Made by a program: the position numbers and the translations under genes. From Prorocentrum cordatum (Eukaryota): DNA of 64,000 nt. Positions 10,899-21,710 of this stretch are shown in pieces. The notes under the pieces are model-generated. The model searched no databases. It saw only the letters and a list, made by a program, of their open reading frames with translations, and was not told the origin of the DNA. How positions within the stretch are numbered: position 1 is the first letter of the stretch; each line of letters begins with the position of its first letter. The stretch spans positions 496,001-560,000 of the forward strand of contig CAUYUJ010000115.1 in the NCBI GenBank assembly GCA_963575745.1. The letters are read 5' to 3'.

Positions 10899-12141
10899 AG
10901 AACAGGTCACGGCTCGAGCTGCACGGTGTTTTTGCGAATTCGTGGGCCGTTTTCGTTTTGTTTTCGTGTTGCAGCGAAGGCAAAACGAGAACAGAACGGG
11001 GGCGAACGAACGCAAAGCGAAAACGACAAACGTAGTTTAGCTCGAGCCCTGGAACAGGTACCGATGCCGCTACCTTTGCCTCGCTTTCCCTTTTTTGGGG
11101 CCTCCTGGGAGGCCTTCGTCGCCACCGCCGGATTCGTCTCGAAATTCCGGTCAGAAGGCATCCCAGGAGATGTCCGGGGAGTAGCGGCATCGAACCGTCT
11201 TGGTTTCCCAAGTCTCAATATCAGTTTGAATGACGACGTTTCATGACCAGTTTGAATTTGAATACCTATAGGAGGGTTGGAGGGAGGAGGATTTGCTATG
11301 GGTCTGGGTGCGGGTTGTCGGACCCTGGAGTAGGCTCCCGTGCGAACGGGGACCCCCACGCGACAACACGCACCCATGAGCCTCTCCGTCCCCCCTGTGG
11401 ATGTGGGTGCGTGCTGTTCGCTCGTCATTGTTGGCATCACCTTACCTCGGTTCCGATCTTGAGGGCCTCCTCTGTCTCTGAGGGCACATCCCCAAGACTG
11501 TCACCGCTCTGGACTTGCCGATCTGAATCGGTAGCGATGATTGCGAGGCCGGTTGAGTCTCGGCGCTGATAGCCCAGGGGTGAAGTGCGAGTCGAGGCGA
11601 TTCAAGTTCGGACTAGTGCGCGTGGAGTAGCGTCGGGACCCGTTCCCATACCAAGTCGGCGCGTTGACGTCGCCAAATCCGGCGGCATTGGTTCCATCTG
11701 TCGGAGGCCAGGCCATTGTTGAGTATGCGTTCTGTCCCACGAGACTGCCCCCCCCGTCAACATTTTTTTCCCAACCATCCTGTGGTGTTGGGTCCTCGTT
11801 TTGAAGAGACAGCGCCCCGCGTTCACTCCTTCCTTCCTTCCTCCCGCCCCCTCACCCCCAGGGCCTGTCACAATGCCATGCATGCATGCATGTATGCATT
11901 GTGACGAGATTCTACCCGACCGCTCCCCCGAGTCAGGCCCGCCTGCAGCGGCCCCGCCGTTCGGCTTGGGCGTGCGAGAAGCAGGCGCTCCCGGGAGAAG
12001 GGGCCGGAAGGCAGTGCAAGCCGTGTTGCTGGCGGGGCAAGGGGGAGGGGCAGGAGCAGGAGGAGGAGGAGGATCGAGGCCAGGGGAACGATCGAGGATC
12101 GAGGAGAGGAGGAGGAGGAGGAGGAGGTGGGGAAGGAGGAG

Positions 12142-12153
12142 GATGATGATGAC

Positions 12154-12196
<43 letters not shown>

Positions 12197-12268
12197 CTGA
12201 TGCTGATGCTGATGCTGATGCTGATGCTGCTGCTGATGCTGATGATGATGATGATGACGACGACGACG

Positions 12269-12300
<32 letters not shown>

Positions 12301-12308
12301 GATGTTGG

Positions 12309-12349
<41 letters not shown>

Positions 12350-12687
12350 GTGGTGCTGCTGATGATGATGTTGATGATGATGCTGATGATGAAGCTGTTG
12401 ATGATGATGGTGGTGGTGCTGCTGCTGATGATGATGATGATGCTGCTGCTGCTGATGATGATGATGATGGTGCTGATGCTGATGATGATGAGGCTGATGC
12501 TGATGATGATGATGATGCTGATGTTGATGATGGTGATGGTGATGGTGACGGTCATGGTACTGATGATGATGGTGATGATGATGATGTTCATGATGCTGAT
12601 GATGATGATGCTGATGATGGTGATGATGATGATGGTGATGATGATGATGATGATGCTGATGAGGATGAGGATGAGGATGAGGATGAG

Positions 12688-12718
<31 letters not shown>

Positions 12719-12745
12719 AGGAGGAGGAGGAGGAGGAGGAGGAGG
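12142..12745. repeat. (GAT)n microsatellite grading into (GAG)n
   Basis: About 600 bp of GAT/GCT/GGT triplets followed by GAG; the source of the poly-M/D/H/I ORFs. Confidence 0.97.
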
Positions 12746-13112
12746 ATCATGTTCGACCATGATGGAGGAGGAGGAGGAGGAGGAGGAGGAGGACGAGGAG
12801 GAGGAAGATCGAGGATCGAGGGTCCAGGATCCACGTTTGAGGATTCAGGATGAGCAGGAGCAAGAACTGGAGGAGGAGGCCAGAGCCTATCCTGCTCTAT
12901 GAAGGGGAGGGTTTGTTTATTGTCTCTTCGCCCAGGTGTCCTCTTGGAAGCCCTCCCGACTTCTCCCCGCGTCTGAAAAGGCCTCCCATATGAGGCCTTC
13001 TAAGACGCCCCCCTGCCTTCCAAGAAGCGCCCCTGGCCTTCTCAGAAATCCGCCCCTCCCCCCAGGCCTCGCCCCACCCCCGCGCCGCCAGGTGACGCTG
13101 GCTGGCCAATCA

Positions 13113-13543
13113 AGGAGGGGGAGGAGGAGGAGGAGGAGGAGGAGGAGGAGGAGGAGGAGGAGGAGGAGGAGGAGGAGAGGAGGAGGAGGAGGAGGAGGAG
13201 GAGGAGGAGGAGAGGGGAGGGGGAGGGGGAGGGGGGAGAGGGAGGGTGGGAGGGAGGGGGGAGGGGGAGGGGGGGGGGGAGGGAGAGGGGCAGGGGCAGG
13301 GGCAGGGGCAGGGGCAGGGGCAGGGGGAGGGGGAGGGGGGGGGGAGGGGAGGGGCAGGGGGAGGGGGAGGGGGAGGGGGAGGGGGAGGGGCAGGGGGAGG
13401 GGGAGGAGGAGGAGGAGGAGGAGGAGGAGGAGGAGGAGGAGCAGGAGGAGGAGGAGGAGAAGCAGGAGGATGAGGAGGAGGAGGAGGAGGAGGAGGAGGA
13501 GGAGTTGGAGGAGGAGGAGAAGCAGGAGGAGGTGAAGCAGGAG
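13113..13543. repeat. (GAG)n / (GGGGGA)n / (GGGGCA)n purine tract
   Basis: Nearly pure purine tract. Similar (GAG)/(CCT) tracts at about 9250-9380, 9984-10190, 22590-22800, 25165-25480, 26040-26128, 34100-34940, 42391-42588, 45140-45354, 50429-50893 and 63408-63463. Confidence 0.95.
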
Positions 13544-13647
13544 GACCCTCACATCTCGGCGCCGCAGACACAAATTGTGGCGGCAGGTTGCTCAAAACCT
13601 CGGGCCCTTGGAGTCGCCGTTTCTTGACCCCAGTCGCGTCAAAAACG

Positions 13648-13795
13648 TATGAGGCCACATGCGAACCTTACCCCACCACCCCACGATATCTAAGGGGGAG
13701 GGGGGGAAAGGGGAGGTGGGGATCGCTACCGAGGTGAATCCTCATCCACCCCTAGAATCGTGGGTTGTGGGGTAGGCTTTGCATGTGGCCTCCTA
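13648..13795. mobile_element. MITE family C (TA-flanked)
   Basis: TIRs TATGAGGCCACATGCGAACCTTACCCCACC ... TGTGGGGTAGGCTTTGCATGTGGCCTCCTA; second copy at 16777-16928. Confidence 0.8.
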
Positions 13796-14402
13796 AACAG
13801 GATGAGAAGCCAACCCTGGGGAAAGGGTCGGTATGCCCAGGGGCCCACGTCACGAACATGCGACGGCGGAAGAGAGGGCAGGAGGAGGTGGGGGAGCTTC
13901 GGGGCTGCTTTTGGTTCTTGTGTGGCCTCCTGGGGCGTCCTCGTGGCCACGGCGTGTCCCGCCAACCATCGGACGAGGACGGAGAACGCGAGGGGACAGG
14001 CTTGGGGGAGGTGTGGGGGGCGTCACTGCACCGACATCCGTCCTGCCCAGGCCAATCCTGGGCCCAGGCTGAGAAAGCGCGTGCTGCAGCCGAAATCAAG
14101 GAGTTACCCCAGCAAAGCACCCTGGCAGCAGCGACGGTGAAGATGCGGGCCGAGGATTCGCAGGTCGGCTAGTGCTGACGTGCATCCCTGTGTGCTCGAG
14201 GGGCTCCTGGGAAGGATGCAGCCAGGACAGGGGTGAGAGCACGGCCATGTCTACCGCAGTGCATCTTTGCCAGGGGATCGTGGCCATCCGCGTCGAGCAT
14301 GTAAGGGGCACCGAGCTGAGAGCACGAAGCCTGAAGAAGTTGTGAGGAAGTCTCGGGCGAAACGGCTGCCGGGCCAGCCGGTCTATAGAGCTCCCCGTCC
14401 CC

Positions 14403-14579
14403 TTGGGCGTTGCGTAATGGGGGGGGTCATACATTGGGGGGGGTGGCGAGGGTGGTCCGAAAAGGTACCCTAACGGTACCCAAACGAGCCCCTTGGGGCT
14501 GCTGAGGGGCCCGACAGGGGCACCAAAGGGGACTGTTTCTGACCCCCCATCTATGACCCCCCCATTAAGCCACGCCCAA
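14403..14579. mobile_element. MITE family A, copy 2
   Basis: TIRs TTGGGCGTTGCGTAATGGGGGGGTCATA ... TATGACCCCCCCATTAAGCCACGCCCAA. Confidence 0.8.
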
Positions 14580-16776
14580 TCTTCCCTATGGGACTCTTCT
14601 GTGGTTTCGTCTTACCGCCACTGGAACCCTCCAGTGGGGGCCGTCTCGTGGTGGCCCAGCACTGGTGCTGGCCAGCAGGAAGGGCGGGCAGGTTCGGGGC
14701 GCTGGTCGGGAAGGTGTCTTGCCGTCTTGCCTTTTTTCGGACCTCCGGGGGCCGCTTTCGGGCTCTGTGACAATTCGGAGGTTGATAGACCTCCTACCTT
14801 GACGCGTCGATCAGCGAATTGGCCGTTTGCTGTTCGCGAGAGGGTCGCGCGGCCGTCATTTGTTCAGGGTCCAGGTCCGTCTGTTTCGGTCCTAGGCCGT
14901 TTTCAATAAAGGGTGGTTTACTAAAGGGAGGTTTGTCCAGCGCCGAACAATCAACAAGTGGTCTGGGGTGGAAAACTGCGCCAGATGGACACCGATTATG
15001 AGCGAATTTGGCTTCGCCCCCCCCCCCCCCCCCCCCTGACCGATTTTTGGAGGTCCCAACCAGTCCAGACCCCCTGGCCGCCTCCAACCCTCTGGAGAAA
15101 CGCCCAGACGGATTGACACACCACGTCGTCAGAGATTCGGGGGCCCAGGCACCGCGCCCGGCTACCTCGGCGTCGGCCTCGACGAGAGCCTGCTCCACTC
15201 CCCGGCGGTCGCGGCCCAGCTGTCTGACCCGAACAGCGCCCGCGGCTCGGCAGCCGTTGCTCAGTGCCCTCGGGTGTCCTCCGTCGGAGCCGCCGACGGC
15301 GCCGGCGATGCCTTAGGTGTCGTCGCCGCCGCCGTCGCCGTCGCCAGGCACAGGGCACCATAGAGCGAAAGATCGAGGCTGTCAGGCCGTTGCCGTCTCT
15401 GGGGCGGGAGAAGCCCCGCCTGGAGTCCCCTGCACGACGACGACCCCGTGCCAGAGGTTTCGACGCATTCTCAAGGAGCCGTGCCGCCTCTGTTTTTTGA
15501 AAGGTCCGGGCGGCGAGGGCCTCCCAGGGTTGTGAAGAGCGGAGAGCTTCCCGTGGTGAGTCTTGTTCAGGGCGTGAGGGGCTCACTACGAGGAAAATCC
15601 TGGAGGCCTCGCGCGGCGCGCAGTAATTGTATGATCTATTCCACACGTCCACCCTGTCAGATACAGTCAAGGCGCTGAAATAAGGAGCGGTTTGCGTTCT
15701 GAAGGGGCTCGATTTTCTCTGGCCAGCCCTCCTCGTGTCTTTTGTATCGTTCCTTGTTTCAGCAGCCCGGCTGTATGGGTCGGCGTTCGCGCGGCGATGT
15801 TCCGACGGTCCGACGCAAATCCGACGCAATTCCGACGTACATCCAACGTGGACCCGACGCCTCCGGTTGCCGCGCGAGGCCTCCAGGATTGTCTTCGCAA
15901 GGGACTGGGGAGGCCTGGGCTCCCTCCCCATTCTTCCCACTCTCTCCCCAAGGATGGCCATGGGCCGGCCGAGGTCCTGTGCCGCCTGGCCTCCATCGCG
16001 CGCGAGTGGGAGAGCGCCGCCGTGGCGAGTGGCGAGAACTGCGTCCAGGCCATCACCGCAACGCAGGCGGCACAGTTCTGGATCGCGGCCGCCGTCGACG
16101 ACGATGATGACTTGGTCGTCGTCGAGAGAGAGAGAGAGAGAGAGAGGGAACGTGCGCCAGGAGGCATCTGCCGCGCGTCGTCGTCGCCGCCGCCCGAGGA
16201 TCAAGGCTCGAACCTGATATCCTGGCGCCGCAGTTACTTCGCAACGGGCGATTGTGCCTTGTTTCGCGCCCTGGGACCCTCACGCATCCATCCAGCTCGA
16301 AATATGCAGCAGAAAGATGGGGCCCATGGGTCAGGTCGCGTTTGCTTTCCATCTGCGGTATTGCTCATTTTTGTTGCGATGTCGCATCGCATGGGAGCTC
16401 ATCATTGGACCTCTCCGGCCATCCTTGGGCCTCCAGATGCCTCTGGGGACCTCCGGGGGCCACGGGCACCCACCATAGGCCGTCGCCGCCGTCGTCGTCT
16501 TCGTCGTCGTCGTCGTCGTCGACCTTTGCCTCTCTTGGCCTTCTTGTTGGGCGCCCTGAGGTCTCGCCGCAGCAGCCATAGACACTGCTTGGCACGGCTT
16601 TGGGCGTGGTCGCGTTTTTGTTCGACGGCGGTCCGCTCGCATCGGTCCCTAGCGCTGGGCCGCCCGGGCCCCTCACGGGAACAGTCCTGGCCAGTTTCTC
16701 AGGCTCCGTCTGGCCATGGCGACCGAGAGCCTCCAGAGCGAACCTGTGTTGCCGTTCTTTTGCTCGTCGTCGTGGT

Positions 16777-16928
16777 TAGGAGCATATGCGAAACCTATCC
16801 CAGCACCCCTAGATTTCTCAGGGGGTAGGTGAGGTTCACTTCGCTCGGGAGGTCCCGATCAAAGCGAACCCCACCTCCCTCCTCAGGAATCGTGGGGTGG
16901 TGAGGTAGGACTCGCATGTGGCCTCCTA
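16777..16928. mobile_element. MITE family C, copy 2
   Basis: TAGGAGCATATGCGAAACCTA ... TAGGACTCGCATGTGGCCTCCTA. Confidence 0.7.
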
Positions 16929-17044
16929 GAAGTCGTCATCGCTGGCGTCGCCGCTGCCGCCGCCGTAGTCGTCGTTGCCACCGCCGCCATCGTCGTCGTC
17001 GTCCGTCCTTGCCGTCGCCGCCGCCGCTGTCATCTCCGTCACCG

Positions 17045-17075
<31 letters not shown>

Positions 17076-18127
17076 GCGTTCGTCGTCGCCACCGCCGTCG
17101 TCGCCGCCGCCGCCGTCGTCGTCGTCGCCGCTGGTCGTCGCCGTCGTTCGTCCTCATCGTCGCCGCTGGTCGCCGTCCATCGTCGTCATCGACATCATCC
17201 GTCGTCGTCATCCGTTGTCGTTGTCGTCCGTCTCCGTAATCGTCGCCGTCGTCCGTCGACCGTCGTCCGCCGCCTGCGCGGGCGCGAGAGGTGGCGCAGC
17301 TCCAGCTGCAGGGCCTCCTGGACCGCTGCACCCAGAACCTCAGGCGGGCTCCCTCGTCGCCTTCGGAGGGGGAGGGGGGGGGGCCTTCGCCAGCGCGCCG
17401 AGACTGTCCCGCCTCCGGAGGCGGAGCCGCCATGAAGGAGGGGGCTCCTGAGGGGAGCGGGTCCTGGCTGGTTTTCGCCGCCCTCGGCCCTTGGGGGGCC
17501 CTCCCCGTGCTGCACCGCAGCACGAGGTCTATTGCTAGGTACACGGCAGCGCTATGCCACCTTGTTCGCTATGTTCCGTAGCGTGATGACACCTCGTTTG
17601 CCACACCGCTGCGCGATGTCACCTCGTTTGCTACACTGGTGTGGCAAATCAGTTGGCATCTTGCTGCGGTACATTTCAGGCGATAGAACTCAAGCGAGAT
17701 GGCATCACGCTGCAGGGTAGAAGATGACATCATGCAATCGAGGCGGCAGCAGGCAAGCGAGGGGACGTCAAGCTGCGGTGTAGCAGGTGACATTACGAAC
17801 ACGAGGTGGCACTGCAAACGAGGTGACGTTCCGCTGTGGGTGCGGCACACTGCGGGTTAGCAGGTCACATCACCCAAACGACATGGCATCAGCAAGTGGC
17901 ATCACCTTAACGACGCGACATCACGCACAGGAGGGTACACTGCGCTGCGGTGCCGCAGGTGACACCCCGCACGCAAACGAGGTGGCATCACACAAACGAG
18001 GTGGCATCACGCAAATGTGTACGCGGTTAAGGTGGCATAGCGCAAACTGGGTGGTATCACGCAGGCGCGACGTCTTACTTATGATTTCTTATCCTGACGG
18101 TGTTGCTTCTATTGTAGCGATTGGCCT

Positions 18128-18891
18128 TTGACATGTTTGCTCAAGCTCTTCTCCCTGGAGGATGCCTGTGGCCCCTTCGTGGGCGGTCGGCGCGGTGGAG
18201 ATGTCAGCCGCGCCGATCTCTCCTCTGCCGGCATGGGGCATCTGAGGCTACACAAGGCGCATTATGACACCAATCTCCGGAAATACAAGTTCCACGTGGC
18301 CCCCCCCACCTAGCAGATATGTATCGCAAGTTCGGGTTGCTGCCGTGCTTCGCACACGAAAGGAAGCACGAAGTGGTCAAGCGATTTTCGCACGGCTACA
18401 AGTGCCTGCAACGCCCAGAGAAAGCCTTGATGCTTCAACTTGTGGCCCAGCATTGCCACGACCTGAAACACTTCTGCTTTGCAACTGGGTTGCATGAGCA
18501 TCTGCAGCATAAGAAATTGTTCGAAACGCGGAAGAATTTGCGCCCAAAGACGCAGGCGGCAGTATGCAGCACCAAAGTTTTCCAAGACAACGACTCGTTC
18601 AATCGAGGTGACGTTGTCCTGATGGGAGTTGGTAGCGGCCACGCAGCCGTTCAAGTGTGGTTCCACACTCAGTGCGACCTTGGGACCGCGTCGCAGTCGG
18701 AGCCATCCAGTCTGGTTCTGCGAATGGCAACTCGGCGTGCGTGCGTGGGATGGAATAGATGCGACATCGACGATGACCAAACACCAGTGCGCGTGCCGAC
18801 CAGCTCGCTGAAGCACCCTACAGTTTACAGGAGGACCGATGACGTTATAACGTGCGTTTGGCCAGTCGGGCACCGCAGAAGCTGCGCATGA
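18128..18891 (+). pseudogene. Frameshifted fragment of a probable CACTA/CMC-superfamily transposase C-terminal region
   Basis: Joining the two ORFs across the C-run at ~18300-18307 gives KYKFHVAxHLADMYRKFGLLPCFAHERKHEVVKRF, resembling the KxHxxxHLxxxxxxFG...ER motif of EnSpm/CACTA-type transposases. Recognised by motif only. Confidence 0.5.
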
Positions 18892-19289
18892 TTTTCATGT
18901 TCTTGCCATGCGTGCAGCAGTATTGCAATAGCTTGCGCCTCATGGCGCGTGGCTTTCCCTTGGGACATCATCTGCAAATCACCATCCCTCGCGAACCGTT
19001 CCACAGGATATCGAAAAATGAGATGCGCCCTTAAACAAGACGCGCATGTGGAGCATCTCAGGTGCAAATCATAGTTTTCCGCAACTAGTTCTAAGTCGGC
19101 TATACGTCCCGCTAGTTGTAAGTAAGCCACATGGGCCTCGAAGCGCCCGCCCAGCACGGCGCTTCGTGGCCCCGCGCGGAGCTCTACCGCCCCTGTGCGC
19201 CCCACCCACCCACCCAGCGCAGCGCTTCGTGCCCCCATAGGAAGCTCCACCGAAGGTCCCAGCGCTAGCGCCAGGACCTTCGGCGGAGG

Positions 19290-19845
19290 GTCGTGTCCCC
19301 AGTTTGTGCCATTCTTGGGGCCCTCTTGGGGCGTCTTAGGCGCCTAGGGCCGTCTTGGAGCCCTCTTGGGCCGTCTTGGGGCCCTCTTGGGGGCCTTCTG
19401 GGCCGTCTTGGGACGGTCTTGTGGCCTGTCTTGGGCCGTCTTGGAGCGCTGGGAAGCCGAACTCGCGAAGACGCCAAATACATTTAAAACCGCTTGGCGA
19501 TCGATGAGTTTTGCTTCTGTGGCTTGGAAGCCTCTTGTGCCGTCTTCGGGCAATCTTGGGCTTATTGGGCGGTCTTTCGGCGGGTCGGGATATTCTATTG
19601 AGCCGTCTCGAGGGCCTCTCGCGGCCCTCTTGGTCCGTCTCGGGGCCCTCGGGGGTCAGAACAGCTCGCGCGACAGGATGCGACGGGGCCTGGAGGCACG
19701 CCGGGAACCCCAGGGGAGATGCGGGAACCTTCGCTAGATTTTAGAATATGGGGTCCGGGTTCCTTGAGGGCTGAGGATTAGAGGATTAAGCAAAGGAGCG
19801 GAGGACATGCTCACGCCGTGCCCAGAGGCACAGTTGCGGATTTAT
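19290..19845 (+). repeat. GGGCCGTCTTGG-rich dispersed repeat, copy 2
   Basis: Degenerate 11-bp GGGCCGTCTTG units; TATTGAGCCGTCTCG shared with 21637-21652; ends near CACGCCGTGCCCAGAGGCACAGTTGCGGATT. Confidence 0.7.
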
Positions 19846-20309
19846 CATAGCCTCTGCAGTTGCGAATGAGAGCTGGGGGGGGCAGCGGGGTTTTTGGCAG
19901 TTTGCGAGGCTGTGAAAAAAGCCCGCGTGAACGCCGATGTTAGCAAATTGCACAGAGTGTCACAGGCGCCAGATGTCCGTCGCAACTATGTGGAATGGTC
20001 GCGAGTGGGTCGCGGGCGGGACGCTATCAAGGACCAGGATGACGACAACGACGACAGCATCAACAAACAACAATCATTCCCACCGCGGAAGTTCCCTTCA
20101 GGCACGCATTCGGGGATGCTGTACGACCGTTCGGCTCGTCACCCCTGACGTCACTCCTGATACATATCAGGATATGTTTACGTATCACGCCACAGTTGCG
20201 GATAAGAGTGAGGGGGCGGTGGGGCTCTGAAGAAGCCCGCCGCCGGCGCTTAACTTTTACACATTGCGCAGCAGGCGCCAAGTTTTTCGTTTAAATAATG
20301 TGGGTGGTC

Positions 20310-20460
20310 GCGGAGTGGGTCGCGGGTGTGTCGCGGGTGCGTCGCGGGCCAGGTCGCGGATGGGTCGGGGGTGGGCCGCGATTGGGTCGCGGGTGGGTCG
20401 CAGGCGGGCCGCGGGCGGGTCGCGGGTTGGTCGCGGGTGGGTCGCGGGCCGGGTCGCGGG
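20310..20460. repeat. GGGTCGCG(GGT) degenerate 11-bp minisatellite
   Basis: Repeated GGGTCGCGGGT units. Confidence 0.8.
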
Positions 20461-21469
20461 GGGGACGACGACAACAAACAAGAGCAGCAGCAACAACAGC
20501 ATCAACAACTATCCGCACCGCAGAACCTCATTTCAGGCACGCGCCCAGGGACAGTGAATGATCGTTCGGCCTCCTCGCTCTGACAATTAAAATCTCGTTC
20601 GCACATGTGTGTACATCTGCACACTTCATGCATATACGCATATCTGTGTCTGGAGTCTTCTTGGACCCACTGAACCCTCGTAATTCTTTCACATTATTGA
20701 ATTGAACTCCCCTGAGCGGGCAGACGCCGCCGCCCCACCATTTTTGAATCCTGAAAACTCAGTGGGAGCGGCGGCCGCTCCGTGCGCGCGAATAGGAGAT
20801 GGTTTGGTGCTGGTGCTGTCGCTTCCGCTTGGAGGCCTCGTGGGGCTCTATGGAGAGGACATTGGGCTGTTCAGCGAGCTCTCTGTCGCATGGCCCTGAG
20901 CCCAGGACGGCCGCAGAGAGCCTGGAGGAACTGAAAGCAGCGACCTCTATGTCGTATGATCCTGAGGCCAGGACGGCCGTACAGAGGCTGGAGGAACTGA
21001 ACAAAACTGTCGGGTTCGTCCCAGAAAGCGCGCCGAGGAGTGTCTTTCACATGACCCTGAGGCTAGGACGACTGCAGAGAGGCTGAAGAAGCTCAACAAC
21101 AACCGTTGGGTTCGTCCCAGAGGGGACCTCTGGAGGGGCCAAAATAGGAGCCAGAATGGGTCAAGTGCGGCGACCTGGGGTGAACGATGAAAACAGGAAG
21201 GGAAAACAAGCAGTCCGGGTTTTCTTGCGGCTCCTGGAAGAGCCCTTGGAGGTTCTGCCCTAACATTATTTGATCGCTTGGCTCATTCCGCCGGTCCATC
21301 TTGCCTCGCCGCTGTTGTTTGTCGGGGTGATGCTGCCAATGCGGTGCCGTTGAGCGGCTGTCATTTTTCGGAGGCGATGAGAACACTTTGCCTGCCTGGT
21401 TGGTGGGTCAGAGGCCTCATGGATGTTGGTTGGGCTCTCGTAGTTGGCCTCTCGGGGGTCTCTGTGAGG

Positions 21470-21710
21470 CAGTTTTGAGGCCTCTTGGGGGCCGTGTTGG
21501 GGCTTCTGGGGGCCCTTTTGGGGCTTCTTGGAGCTTCTTGGGGTGCCTCTTGGGGTCCCCTGGGGCCGTCTTGGGCGCCTCTTGGGCTGTCTGTCTTAGG
21601 GCTATCTTGTGCCGTCTTGGGGCTCTCTTTGAGGCTTATTGAGCCGTCTCGGGGCGGCCTTGGGGACCTCTTGAGCCGTTTTGGACCGTCGGAAAGGCGA
21701 AAAGGCGAGA
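21470..21710 (+). repeat. GGGCCTCTTGG-rich dispersed repeat, copy 3
   Basis: Same degenerate units, plus a GTCGGAAAGGCGAAAAGGCGAGA module. Confidence 0.7.

Noticed and set aside
11602..13658. Long poly-I/M/H/D/P ORFs
   Set aside because: They are translations of trinucleotide microsatellites, open in several frames.
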